64,000 nucleotides of DNA from positions 2,656,001-2,720,000 of the forward strand of contig OZ242195.1 of assembly GCA_965205975.1 (NCBI GenBank). Direction: 5' to 3'. This stretch comes from Candidatus Latescibacterota bacterium. GTDB lineage: Bacteria > Latescibacterota > UBA2968. Under the pieces are notes generated by a model. It had not been told where the DNA came from. It worked only from the letters and a program-made list of their open reading frames with translations, and made no database searches. Shown one piece after another: positions 1 to 9,935 of this stretch. Both the position numbers and the translations under genes were made by a program. Every line of letters starts with the position of its first letter. The first letter of the stretch is position 1.

Positions 1-1079
1 GCTTTTAATACAACAACAATTCGCTCTGCGGTGTTGCCATCCCACAACTCGGGTAAGCGGCCAGATTTATAATGTCCGTTCAAAACAGATTCAGCCTCTG
101 CAACAATGCGTTCAGGACAAACACCCACAAGTGTGTTCGTCCCAATATCTATAGTCTCTGGGCGTTCTGTATTCTCTCTAAGCGTCAAACACGGCACACC
201 CAAAGACGTCGTCTCTTCTTGCAATCCTCCAGAATCTGTCATCACAAATTTTGCATTCTTCTGAAGTTTCAAAGAATCGAGATAGCCAACGGGATCCATA
301 AGTTTGACATTATCCATCATCTCAAGCCCTTGCAAAAAACCGAATTGAGATAGGCGATTGCGCGTTCTCGGATGCAAAGGCCACGCGATTGGACATTTGA
401 GAACTTGCAACGCGGATAAAATGCCAGCCAACGTATCTGGACAATCGACATTTGAGGCGCGATGGAGGGTTAGAAAAACGTACTCTTGAACTGATAAACC
501 GTGTATATCCAGAATGCTGGATTCATCAGCTTTGGGAGATAGCAACACAAGGGAATCGATCATCACATTGCCCACAAAATGAATGCGGTGATCTTCTATG
601 CCTTCGCGCCTCAGATTTTCACATGCCTGCTTCGAGGGTGCAAATAACAGATCGCTTATGGCATCCACAACGAGCCGATTGATCTCTTCGGGCATTGAAC
701 GGTCCCAACTTCGCAACCCTGCCTCTATGTGCCCAACGGGGATTTGCAATTTTGCGGCATCCATCGCACATGCCAAAGTGGAATTTACATCCCCAACCAC
801 AAGAACCCAATTCGGCCTTTCTTGAAGTAAAACCTCCTCAAATCCCATCATGATCTGCGCTGTCTGGTAAGCGTGACTGCCCGACCCCACATTTAATTCA
901 TAATGTGGCCTGGGAAGATTTAAGTCTCGAAAAAAAATCTCGGACATAAAATCGTCGTAGTGCTGTCCCGTATGCACCAGAATCGGATCAAACACATCGG
1001 GCGTCTTGACAAGTTGATACCACAGCGGAGCAACTTTCATAAAATTCGGCCGTGCACCTGCAACAAGAATAATTTTCAC
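1..1079 (-). CDS. wecB: UDP-N-acetylglucosamine 2-epimerase (non-hydrolysing); 3' end runs off the window
   Basis: Not in the ORF track; read manually from GTG at 1079 (RBS GAAGGAG upstream): VKIILVAGARPNFMK...HTGQHYD...VGDVNST...HIEAGLRS...PEEINR...TLHR...TDSGGLQEE...TLRENTERPET, all hallmark WecB motifs. Confidence 0.95.
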   Translation of the reverse strand, partial: MKIILVAGARPNFMKVAPLWYQLVKTPDVFDPILVHTGQHYDDFMSEIFFRDLNLPRPHYELNVGSGSHAYQTAQIMMGFEEVLLQERPNWVLVVGDVNSTLACAMDAAKLQIPVGHIEAGLRSWDRSMPEEINRLVVDAISDLLFAPSKQACENLRREGIEDHRIHFVGNVMIDSLVLLSPKADESSILDIHGLSVQEYVFLTLHRASNVDCPDTLAGILSALQVLKCPIAWPLHPRTRNRLSQFGFLQGLEMMDNVKLMDPVGYLDSLKLQKNAKFVMTDSGGLQEETTSLGVPCLTLRENTERPETIDIGTNTLVGVCPERIVAEAESVLNGHYKSGRLPELWDGNTAERIVVVLK

Positions 1080-1092
1080 CTGCCTACTCCTT

Positions 1093-1872
1093 CTATTTCG
1101 GAGTTTCCACCTGCCAAATCGGATACCGTATATCTGCCCGCTGCATCTCTCGTTGCAACCATTGATTAAACAGAAGCTTTCGGATCTCCTTTGCTATCCG
1201 CCCGTCCAGCATTGTCGGATAGAGTTCCTGTAATAAATACAGCGCAAAGCCTTTCGATACTTTTTCTGGACCAAAAATTTCACCTATCGAAGCGGCAAAC
1301 ACGCGCGCAGCAATCCCCTTTGGCAACTGCTTCCGCCGAACACGACCCAAAAAGCCACTACCTGATCGCGTGTGTGCATCTTGAGAAAACCGACGCGCCA
1401 TCGCGTGAAAATCTGCACCTTCTTCCCGTATCTGCAAATCAACCTCGTCGATCACATCCTTATCCATGTGAAAAATCCAGCAAATCTCCGCCTCATCAAA
1501 TTCCAGCGTGTGCTGTGCAAAATAGGATTCGACCTGCCCCTCGGCGATCTTCTCAGACAGCAAATACTCCAGTCGCCTCACCTCGGCATCTTCTGCCACA
1601 TCCTGAAGTGTAATACCCCGCTTTGCAAGATAGGCTTCTGTATCTTCTACCCGCTCCAAACGATGTTGATACCGCCAGTCATTCACCTTGCGCTGGATAT
1701 CCTCCGGCGCTGCACAAACACCCTCGCGTCGGGCGAGTTGGCGTATCAATTCTCTACGCGCAAATTCATTAAAAAAATGCAGATTATCAGCAACACCCAA
1801 TTGTCGCACGACATGGTGCAACGACACCTCGACATCATTGACCTGAACCAGTATAGCATCCTCTGACATCAC
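1093..1872 (-). CDS. PpiC/parvulin-type peptidyl-prolyl isomerase (SurA/PrsA-like) associated with a peptidase ABC exporter
   Basis: Rotamase motif ADFHAMARRFSQD...GSGFLGRV...IFGPEK...GF after a helical N-domain; no signal peptide; overlaps the HlyD stop (ATGA coupling). Confidence 0.8.
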   Translation of the reverse strand: MMSEDAILVQVNDVEVSLHHVVRQLGVADNLHFFNEFARRELIRQLARREGVCAAPEDIQRKVNDWRYQHRLERVEDTEAYLAKRGITLQDVAEDAEVRRLEYLLSEKIAEGQVESYFAQHTLEFDEAEICWIFHMDKDVIDEVDLQIREEGADFHAMARRFSQDAHTRSGSGFLGRVRRKQLPKGIAARVFAASIGEIFGPEKVSKGFALYLLQELYPTMLDGRIAKEIRKLLFNQWLQREMQRADIRYPIWQVETPK

Positions 1873-3254
1873 AACGCCCCCTCTTGCACATCGTATCTCG
1901 CCGACTCGTAAAGCTGTCGCAAAGGAGAAAGCAACATCAGCAAAACCGATTGCCGATCGGTCATAATCTCCGCCGTACCCTTCATGCCGAACATCAAAGG
2001 CTTGTCATATCCCTTCACACGCATCGTATTTTCTTCCAGTTCAACAACGCACTTAAATAGCGGTCCAATACGTTCATCAATCACCGCATCAGGTGAGATG
2101 TATATAAGCCACCCGCGTTTGATGCCAAAATCCTGAAAGGCATAAGCATCGTATTTCAGCTTGACCAACTGCCCGGGCTTGAGCAAACCCACATCTTTAT
2201 TCAACACCATCACCTCTGCAACCATCGGTGCCGAGGTCGGTGCCAGCGCAATTAGAGCCTGCCCCTTGTTGATCACCTGTCCCATCGCATTCACCATCAC
2301 CTGTGTGACAATGCCCGACTCAGGTGCTAAGATCAAATCCGACTCAGCTTCAAGGGTCCGATCAATGCGTTTGCGTGCCTGTTCCAATCGCAACTGTGCA
2401 GTCTCATAAGCGTGTCGCATCTGCGATGCCTCCCGCTCGTGTGCAATACGCGCCTCTGTGATTTGACGCTTGAGATCAGCCACAGCCATTTCATTCTTGT
2501 ATATCTCCGACATGCGCGATGGAAGCGCGGATAGAGCACTCAAATACTGCACACGCGCGCGATTCATAGCCGCCCGGCTGATCAACTCGCGCTCAAACAG
2601 CGTCTTTTGCTGCAAAAACTCCCCTTTCATAAGGTCAATCTCAGCCTGTCGAAATCCAATCTGCGCTTGCAATCCCGCATCAGATGTTTTGCTTTTCGAT
2701 CCGACACCATCCCCCACATCACTGTGATAATCTTCCAATGCATCCTGGTGCGCCTCCATAAACTGCTGCAAAACAGACAGGCGTTGCTCCAATACCCCTA
2801 TCGTCTCTCGATTTAACCTCGCCCTTTGTGGCAACACCGTCTTGAGATCGTACTCTGCCTTTTGAAAAGCCATCTTTGCCTGCTCCCATTCCCGCAACTC
2901 TCCCCAGGTCTCCCACGATTTGAGCTTAAACAATACCTCACCCTTCTCGACATGATCTCCCTCTTTCACGCCAATCAACTCAATCTCACCACCTCGCTGT
3001 GCCTGCATCGTCTTCACCTGTCCGAGGGGCACCAACCGAAAAGGGGCTGATGCCACCACATCCACCTCGCCCCACCACGCCCAGGTAATGGCAACAATCA
3101 CAAATAGCAGGACAATATAGAGCAATGCACGACCCCAAAAGGGCCGCAAGGATCCCATAAACGCATGCACCTCTTCTGCCGCGTCATCTTGTCCCTGAAT
3201 GATACCGGGAGACATTGTTTCTGCTGGTGTCTCCAAAAACCGTTCTGCCATCAT
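1869..3254 (-). CDS. HlyD-family type I secretion membrane fusion protein
   Basis: N-terminal TM helix, lipoyl-like motif GVKEGDHVEKGEVLF, long coiled coil, APESGIV and GMKGTAEI motifs. Confidence 0.93.
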   Translation of the reverse strand: MMAERFLETPAETMSPGIIQGQDDAAEEVHAFMGSLRPFWGRALLYIVLLFVIVAITWAWWGEVDVVASAPFRLVPLGQVKTMQAQRGGEIELIGVKEGDHVEKGEVLFKLKSWETWGELREWEQAKMAFQKAEYDLKTVLPQRARLNRETIGVLEQRLSVLQQFMEAHQDALEDYHSDVGDGVGSKSKTSDAGLQAQIGFRQAEIDLMKGEFLQQKTLFERELISRAAMNRARVQYLSALSALPSRMSEIYKNEMAVADLKRQITEARIAHEREASQMRHAYETAQLRLEQARKRIDRTLEAESDLILAPESGIVTQVMVNAMGQVINKGQALIALAPTSAPMVAEVMVLNKDVGLLKPGQLVKLKYDAYAFQDFGIKRGWLIYISPDAVIDERIGPLFKCVVELEENTMRVKGYDKPLMFGMKGTAEIMTDRQSVLLMLLSPLRQLYESARYDVQEGAL

Positions 3255-6200
3255 ACCACCTGCAACTGTTGACTACACATGTGATAGTACAAACCCTCTT
3301 GCACCATCAACTCATCGTGTGTGCCCATCTCCACAATATGACCCTTGTCCAGCACCACAATCGCATCCGCATCGCGCACCGTACTCAACCGATGGGCGAT
3401 AATCAATGCCGTGCGATCATCTAAAAACAGATCTAAATTCGCCTGAATCACCTGTTCCGAATCCGTATCTAAGGCATTGGTCGCCTCATCAAAAATCAAA
3501 ATTTTCGGATCGCAATACAGCGCCCGTGCAATCGCAATCCGCTGCCGTTGTCCACCAGACAGCCCCACACCCTGCTCACCCACCTTTGTCTCATAGCCCA
3601 AAGGCATATCGCTCACGAAATCGTGGACACACGATAGCTTTGCCACTTCCAAAATGCGGTCCATGTCCGCATCTGACTGACCAATAGCGATATTTTCTGC
3701 AATCGTGCCAGAGAACAAAAACGGCTCCTGCATCACCATACCCACCTGTCGCCGCAACCAATGAGGGTCCAGATCCCGCACATCCATACCATCTAAGGTC
3801 ACGCGCCCTTCTGACGGATCAAATAAACGAGGTACCAGCTTGACCAACGTGGTTTTACCCGCGCCACTACGTCCCACAACCGCAACTTTTTGACCCGGCT
3901 CAAGAATCAGATCAATGTTATTCAACACATACGGTTCATCAGAACCGACACCATATCTAAAAAATACCCCCTCAAAAACCACGCGCCCTTCCAAATGCTT
4001 TAAGATCAAACCCTGACCCTGTTGCCGCGCATCCTCCATCTGCGTGTCATACACATCATTCAGCCGATCCAGAGCAATACGCGCTTCTTGCACCTGCGGC
4101 CATATCCCAATCAAGCCCATAATCGGTCCCATCACATTGCCAATCAGCGCATTAAACGCCATCAACTGTCCAACCGACAGATTACCTGCAATCACCAGGG
4201 AAGCACCATACCACAAAATCACCGTACTGCTCAACAAATTGATCACGCTTCCGATCCCCCCAAACAGCATCTGCATTTTTAACCGTTGAAAGCCAATCTG
4301 CATTTCCTTTGTGAACTTACCTTCCCAATGCCACCGTGTCGCGCGCTCAACCGCCTCGGCTTTGACCACATCAATGCCGTGTAGCGAATCAATCAAAACC
4401 GATGATTGTTCGGCACGCGCCAGAAAAGCGCGCTGGCTGAAAGCCTTCAAAATGGGTGTGTAAATCAGCGTGAGACCTATAGAAAGCGGCACAAATATCA
4501 GCATCACCAGCGTCAGTTCGGCATTGTAATAAAACATCAGACCCAGATAGACAAAGAGCATGATAAAATCCAGAACCGCAGAAACCGTCGCACCCGTCAA
4601 CAAACGCTGAATCGTTGCATTCTCCCGAAACCGCGTGGTCAAATCTCCCGTGCGCCTGAGAGCAAAAAACCGCATGGACAGCGCCAATAAATGCCGATAA
4701 AAACGCGACAACATCGCAATGCTCAACCGCGCACTTACATATCCGATTAAATAGACGCGCAACGTTGATGTGCCCATCTGGAACAACGCAACCACGACCA
4801 TCCCTACCAGCATCAAATTCAACAAATCCTCGTCGTGATGCACTAAGACCTGATCGATAATCGTCTGCATAAAAATAGGCGATGCCAGACCGAACAAACT
4901 GAGCACTAAAGACGCTAATAGTACCTCAATCAAAATGCCCCTATAAGGCCGGATCAATGGAAAAAACCGCTTAAAAGAAGACTGGGACGGTTCGTTCTCT
5001 GCCACCTGATCCGTGTATTCCAACAACAGCGCCATGTTCGTCCACCCCTTCTCAAACTCTGCCCGCGACAGCTTGCGAATGCCCACACCTGGATCTGCTA
5101 TCTTCACCTCCCTTTTATTTATCTGATACAAGACCACAAAATGATTGCCTTCCCAGTGAAGAATGGCTGGCAATTCTGTCCGCATCAGAGCTTCATACCC
5201 CGTGCGCACACCGCGCGTGACAAAACCTATGGTTTCCGCAGCCTCGGCCAAAGCCGCCATCGACGTGCCAGAACGCGACACATTGGACATATCGCGCAGC
5301 CTGTTCAACCCAATAGGCATCTTGTAATACTTACAGATCATGCCCAAACACGCCGCGCCACAATCCGATTGATCGTGTTGCTTCAAGAATGGGAAGCGAA
5401 ACCAAGTGGATGGTTTTGCACCGTCTATTCTGATATTAACCACATTGGATGCTGTATTGGATACCGTGTCTTCTTGGATAACAGATTGCTCAACCGGTGT
5501 GGCCTCTTGATACCCCGATGGGGACAGGGCTTGCCGATCATCCCGTGCCTGTCTAAACCCTGCTCCATTCGTTCGCTGTTCTCCGCGCGATATGCGGCCT
5601 GCCTCCAACGCAGCCTCAAATCCCGGTATCATAGCTTTTAACTTATTAAAATCGCTTTTATCTATGTAAAAAAGCACACTATCACGCCGAGTGCGAATGA
5701 TCGTTTCGTCATCTCTACCATCGCCAAAATAATCCCCCGGGCGTAGAATCACCGTATTCCCATTTTCCAACACCGCCTCCAACTGACCGCTGCCAATCAA
5801 ATAAAATCGCTGTCCGAATTGCCCTTGATCAACAACGGTCACACCCTCCTCAACCGCCTCGCGCTTTAGCCGCGCGAACAACACCCGCATCGCCTCGCCC
5901 GGAACATCCCCTTTCAAAAACCGCGTAAAATCCCGATACGCAATACAGGCAACCTGCTCTTCAAGATATGCCCTTACATCAGAACTTTTTCTCACAGCCT
6001 TAAAAAATTCATCCTTCGGCACCTGCAACATCTCCGCATCCTCAACCGCTCGCACCGTTGCCCGATGCCCCTGCCTGCTCAACAGTGCCCCTTCGCCAAA
6101 ATGATCACCCGCATACAAATAGCCCACGGTCATCGAATTGCCATTCCCATCCTGCTTCATCACCCGCAACCGTCCAGACTGCACAATGTAAAACGCCTCA

Positions 6201-6295
6201 CCTTCTTGCCCCTGTTGAAAAACAACACCTCCAAAGGGAAAGTGAACAGATTGTGACCGCACCGAGTTTTTAATGAAAAAATGCGAAAGATTCAT
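3251..6295 (-). CDS. Peptidase-containing ABC transporter: two cNMP-binding domains + C39 peptidase + TMD + NBD
   Basis: cNMP motifs (FYIVQSGRL..GDHFGEGAL..RATVRA; FYLIGSGQL..GDYFG); C39 with intact Cys/His/Asp (QSDCGAACL, HWEGNHFVV, IADP); Walker A GRSGAGKT, LSGGQ, DEAT. Start set at ATG 6295 (GGAG RBS). Confidence 0.95.
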   Translation of the reverse strand: MNLSHFFIKNSVRSQSVHFPFGGVVFQQGQEGEAFYIVQSGRLRVMKQDGNGNSMTVGYLYAGDHFGEGALLSRQGHRATVRAVEDAEMLQVPKDEFFKAVRKSSDVRAYLEEQVACIAYRDFTRFLKGDVPGEAMRVLFARLKREAVEEGVTVVDQGQFGQRFYLIGSGQLEAVLENGNTVILRPGDYFGDGRDDETIIRTRRDSVLFYIDKSDFNKLKAMIPGFEAALEAGRISRGEQRTNGAGFRQARDDRQALSPSGYQEATPVEQSVIQEDTVSNTASNVVNIRIDGAKPSTWFRFPFLKQHDQSDCGAACLGMICKYYKMPIGLNRLRDMSNVSRSGTSMAALAEAAETIGFVTRGVRTGYEALMRTELPAILHWEGNHFVVLYQINKREVKIADPGVGIRKLSRAEFEKGWTNMALLLEYTDQVAENEPSQSSFKRFFPLIRPYRGILIEVLLASLVLSLFGLASPIFMQTIIDQVLVHHDEDLLNLMLVGMVVVALFQMGTSTLRVYLIGYVSARLSIAMLSRFYRHLLALSMRFFALRRTGDLTTRFRENATIQRLLTGATVSAVLDFIMLFVYLGLMFYYNAELTLVMLIFVPLSIGLTLIYTPILKAFSQRAFLARAEQSSVLIDSLHGIDVVKAEAVERATRWHWEGKFTKEMQIGFQRLKMQMLFGGIGSVINLLSSTVILWYGASLVIAGNLSVGQLMAFNALIGNVMGPIMGLIGIWPQVQEARIALDRLNDVYDTQMEDARQQGQGLILKHLEGRVVFEGVFFRYGVGSDEPYVLNNIDLILEPGQKVAVVGRSGAGKTTLVKLVPRLFDPSEGRVTLDGMDVRDLDPHWLRRQVGMVMQEPFLFSGTIAENIAIGQSDADMDRILEVAKLSCVHDFVSDMPLGYETKVGEQGVGLSGGQRQRIAIARALYCDPKILIFDEATNALDTDSEQVIQANLDLFLDDRTALIIAHRLSTVRDADAIVVLDKGHIVEMGTHDELMVQEGLYYHMCSQQLQVV

Positions 6296-6336
6296 TTTTC
6301 TAATTACTCCATTATGTGGATGAGCGCATATCCATC

Positions 6337-7200
6337 TCAATTATCGCATACCGGAGTTTCCTCAAGCTCAACCTCCGCCTCACGGTGATCTGTTTCTTCG
6401 CGCTTTGCCAACTGATAAAACCACCACAACCCAAGAACAGCCAATATTGGTCCGCACACATTCAACCACCACGGATTGTGAACCACAACATTAAAATCTT
6501 CTGAAACTGGAAAACCCGGTACATCGAAATGCAGAAATGTTGTAGCCAGAAAATTGTTCAGAGCGTGTCCCCAAATTGCAGGCCATAAAGACCCCGCTTG
6601 GATGACCCAATAGGCAAAGACAAGCCCTAATACAAAAGCCCCTGGAAATTGCCACGGATTCAAATGTATTAGACCAAATAAAATTGCCGACCACATAATC
6701 GCCCGATTTTGAGTACCATGTGCCAATAAACCTTTCAAGATAATGCCTCTAAAAACGACCTCTTCAATAAAAGGTGCTATCACAACTGCGCCCAATAAGG
6801 CTGACAGATAAGATGTTTTTTTGCCGAAAGATTGATGAAAGATGTCCTGAAATATATCTGGCATTGGCAAAACAGATATAACCGCATTGTACAATTCAGA
6901 AAGAACAACCCCCAGTCCAAAGATAGATAATCCAACGGAAAGCCACATGCGCCAGTCATAGTCTATATTTCTAATCGCAAGAGGCAACATATCTTTCCAG
7001 GTTCGACCCGTTCGATGCGAAATATAGCACAAAATCAGAATAAATTTTACCAACGACAAAAGCCAGAAAGAGTAATCATACTCAAACAAAGGTTTGTCAA
7101 TAATGGCACCTATAATGTCAATCAATATGGTCAAACCAAATGCGATGAGGATATATAATACCAGCAGCCAAACAGACTGTTTCAGATTTGGATACGTCAT
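6337..7200 (-). CDS. CPBP (CAAX/Abi) intramembrane glutamic endopeptidase, possible immunity or processing protein
   Basis: Multi-TM protein with EEVVFRG, FGLIH and GHALNN motifs. Confidence 0.92.
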   Translation of the reverse strand: MTYPNLKQSVWLLVLYILIAFGLTILIDIIGAIIDKPLFEYDYSFWLLSLVKFILILCYISHRTGRTWKDMLPLAIRNIDYDWRMWLSVGLSIFGLGVVLSELYNAVISVLPMPDIFQDIFHQSFGKKTSYLSALLGAVVIAPFIEEVVFRGIILKGLLAHGTQNRAIMWSAILFGLIHLNPWQFPGAFVLGLVFAYWVIQAGSLWPAIWGHALNNFLATTFLHFDVPGFPVSEDFNVVVHNPWWLNVCGPILAVLGLWWFYQLAKREETDHREAEVELEETPVCDN

Positions 7201-7300
7201 CTCTTTCCTTCTTGATAACTGATGTTACGCAGTGGTGAGTTGATTTTTTGTTCAAAGTATGGACAAAAAATCTAATAAGCTGTTTTAAAATTATTGAGAG

Positions 7301-7660
7301 TTAAAAAGTTTCGCGCTTCGCCACCTGAAAAAACCACCACAACCCAATCACAGCCAATAGTACCGCACACACATCTACCCACCACGGCAAAAAGATCAAA
7401 GCTTCTGAAATTTTCCCAAAGCCCGGTATTCCTGATCGTGCCAAGGTAACGGCCAAAAAACTGTTCAGTGCGTTTCCCAAAAGACAAGGCAACAAAGACC
7501 CCGTTTGAATAAACCACCATGCGAATACAAGTCCAAATGTGAAGGCCAGGGGAAATTGCCACGGATTCAGATAAGATAAAAAAAATAAAATTGTCGACAA
7601 AATAGCGGCCTGAGACTTTGAGCAACAGACCAATAAACCACCTAAAATAATGCCTCGGAT
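7301..7660 (-). pseudogene. C-terminal fragment of a second CPBP paralogue, truncated at the IS3 end
   Basis: RGIILGGLL...YLNPWQFP.AF..GLVFAWW.IQTGSL.P...GNALNS parallels the 6337-7200 protein; both catalytic His are replaced (H>Y, H>N); the N-terminal half is absent. Confidence 0.82.
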
Positions 7661-7701
7661 CTGTAACCCAAAATTTGAACCAGTTAGTAGGCTAATTTAC
7701 G

Positions 7702-8610
7702 CTAAGGGTCAGTCGTGATATTTCTCATAAGAATGGCCTGCACCACTTCTTGTGGCGTCTGGTAGCCCAAGGCAGAATGCCTTCGATCTTGATTGTAATA
7801 CGTCATTTGTTGCCCAATCACACAAATCAGTTCTGTCAAAGCGTCTGCGTGCATAATCAACGTTTTGTTTTCGGTCTTAAAACGTCCCCAAAAGGACTCT
7901 ATCCACGGATTATCTTTTGCCCCATTCATCGCAAAAGAAATCCCTGCACCTTCTCTTATCAATACACGGTGTAACCAGTCGTATGAGGTGTAAACCGAAT
8001 CGCGGTCGTGATGAATGAGGATGTCAGACAGTCTCCTGTCCAAACAGCTCAGGTTGTTTTGCAACTGGTCCAGACAGTATATCGCCAGGGCACGGTTGCG
8101 ATGTGCGCCTACGCCAAAGCCTGCGATCCACCTTGTCTGGATGTCCAAAAAGGCCATTAACCACGCTTTTTTCTGTCCTTGGCAATAGAACAATTCTGTA
8201 AAGTCGGTGCAAAAGACACGCAAGGGATCAATGGTGCGGTTCTGGACTAAATTAGCGTCTTGTCCGACTTGGCTTATCAGCTTCAATACCGGATTCTTGC
8301 CGCGTTTTGGCAGATGACGAGGTAAGTCTAACTCATAAGTTGACAATAGCTTACGCAACCGCTTATGATTGATCACGATGCCAGTACGGGCTTTTATATC
8401 TTCCTTGATGCGACGATACCCATAATCAGGATGATGCCTGATCGTCGTGATGATCTCATCCTTTATCTGGGCATCTTCACCCGAACAAGAGGCCCGACCG
8501 CGACGATAGGCAAGCGTCCCTTTCGACAAGCATAGGGCACGGCAGCACATATTTAGACCATACCTGTCTTTATGCCTCTCGACCAGTTCTACTTTGTCTG
8601 ACACGCTCAA
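7702..8610 (-). CDS. IS3 transposase OrfB (rve DDE domain)
   Basis: YGYRRI HTH_21 motif, CTDFTE, HHDRDSVY, DNPWIESFWGRFKTE, YYNQDRRHSALGY. Confidence 0.93.
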   Translation of the reverse strand: MSVSDKVELVERHKDRYGLNMCCRALCLSKGTLAYRRGRASCSGEDAQIKDEIITTIRHHPDYGYRRIKEDIKARTGIVINHKRLRKLLSTYELDLPRHLPKRGKNPVLKLISQVGQDANLVQNRTIDPLRVFCTDFTELFYCQGQKKAWLMAFLDIQTRWIAGFGVGAHRNRALAIYCLDQLQNNLSCLDRRLSDILIHHDRDSVYTSYDWLHRVLIREGAGISFAMNGAKDNPWIESFWGRFKTENKTLIMHADALTELICVIGQQMTYYNQDRRHSALGYQTPQEVVQAILMRNITTDP

Positions 8611-8891
8611 CGGTTGCCTAAAAAATTTTTGAGCAGAGCCAGTTCGACTTCTTTCTGACCTAACAGGCGCTCCAGATCAGACACACGCGCTTCATACGTC
8701 TTGACCGTATCGTTGCCAGAGAAAATCTCTGCACCACTGTCTATAAACTGACGCTTCCAATTTGATAGACTCACCGGGTGCACATCGTAAGCGCGAGCGA
8801 TTTCTGCATCCTCTTTGTCTGAGGTCAGTGCTTCTAACACGATCTGGAACTTGAGTTTAGCCGAGTAGGACTTCTTGGTTTTCTTACCCAT
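8607..8891 (-). CDS. IS3 transposase OrfA (HTH)
   Basis: YSAKLKFQIVLE..IARAYDVHP..LSNWKRQF followed by a leucine zipper; GGAG RBS. Confidence 0.92.
   Translation of the reverse strand: MGKKTKKSYSAKLKFQIVLEALTSDKEDAEIARAYDVHPVSLSNWKRQFIDSGAEIFSGNDTVKTYEARVSDLERLLGQKEVELALLKNFLGNR
8619..8625 (-). promoter_or_regulatory. Programmed -1 ribosomal frameshift heptamer T TTT TTA joining OrfA and OrfB
   Basis: OrfA ends AAT TTT TTA GGC AAC CGT TGA; a -1 shift gives TTT AGG CAA CCG TTG AGC GTG, in frame with OrfB. Confidence 0.7.
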
Positions 8892-9138
8892 GGTATCTCC
8901 TCCTGTTGGTGAGAAAATACCACGATGATACTCAATGTCAATTAGCCTTTATACCGGGTCAACTTTTGGGGCGCACCTCAAAACGTTACAATCAGGCATT
9001 TTTAGATTATCTATGATGGTGTTCTTCTGAGGATACAGCGATAGCTTCTGGTAGTATATAGGGAACCTGGTTTTGATGGATGATCTTGAATCCATTTGTC
9101 ATTTTTCACTGAAACTATAAAAATACTCACCTGTTCCT

Positions 9139-9696
9139 CTACTCCTCTTTTTTTTGAAATATTTGAGCTATACCAAAAGCTGTAGGATGTCCTATAACGA
9201 TACATTCTCTATTAAATTTTCTTAGTTTTATAAGATCTGAGATATCTTTAGCACTAATTGCGAGCGCAAAACTCAATATATTGGCGGACCAATAAGATAA
9301 AGAAAGGCAAAAAAGTACTATACAAATACTGCCAGTAGTGATGAGAGGGGTAATTAATGCTTTTCTTTGACAACCTACTGAAACAGGGACCTTACATGCA
9401 CAAAATAGCACTAACCAGTATATATAAAATCCGAAATAGATATTATCTCGATCAATTTTTCCCAATTTGTGGTAAGCGACAAAATGAGAGAGTTCATGTA
9501 TAACTAAGATAATAAGAGCTGCAAGAATCATTGTTAAATAATCATCTTCCCATTGGACCTGAATCTTTTGTTCCTCCAAAAAGGAAAGTATCGACAAAAG
9601 AAAAATTAGCATGCTTGAATAAATGAGAACAGATGTGCCCCAAAGAACAATCAGGTTTGTTTTTATTTCGCCAACTTTATGTAGTACTTTTTTCAT
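9139..9696 (-). CDS. Membrane HExxH metalloprotease-like protein (DUF3267/zincin-like)
   Basis: TM helices with VIHELSH, followed by ALITPL and a D-containing late helix (SAKDISD); AT-rich gene. Start at ATG 9696; the track starts at 9747. Confidence 0.65.
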   Translation of the reverse strand: MKKVLHKVGEIKTNLIVLWGTSVLIYSSMLIFLLSILSFLEEQKIQVQWEDDYLTMILAALIILVIHELSHFVAYHKLGKIDRDNIYFGFYIYWLVLFCACKVPVSVGCQRKALITPLITTGSICIVLFCLSLSYWSANILSFALAISAKDISDLIKLRKFNRECIVIGHPTAFGIAQIFQKKEE

Positions 9697-9884
9697 ATAT
9701 AACTCAAGTTGTGTGGTATAGCGTAGCCATACTATAGGCCAAGACAAAGAAGCCCTTGCTGGTAACTTCAGGTTGTGGACACAGCGTTTTCGGGTGTGAA
9801 TCTGCTGTCTCCAATTTACATTGGAGCCTCTACTATTTCAACTAAGATAGGGACAATACCCAGAATAAGATGAAAGTAGAGAGA

Positions 9885-9920
9885 GTCGATGTCAAACCAC
9901 ATATGTAATTTGACATCGAC
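9885..9920 (-). terminator. Stem-loop downstream of the precursor genes (terminator, attenuator or mRNA stabiliser)
   Basis: Perfect 12-bp IR GTCGATGTCAAA / TTTGACATCGAC, 15 nt after the stop at 9936; pyrimidine-rich tail on the minus strand. Confidence 0.65.
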
Positions 9921-9935
9921 AAACAGTACTACAGA

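Larger units (their letters stand above)
7662..8975 (-). mobile_element. IS3-family insertion sequence (~1.3 kb)
   Basis: Imperfect terminal IRs TGTAACCCAAAATTTGAACCAGT (7662) and reverse complement TGCGCCCCAAAAGTTGACCCGGT (8975), with TG..CA ends; orfA/orfB layout. An alternative right end at 8990 is discussed in findings. Confidence 0.9.

Noticed and set aside
8991..9095. Short minus-strand ORF as the missing N-terminus of the broken CPBP
   Set aside because: No TM character or similarity to the intact CPBP, and out of frame when joined across the IS.
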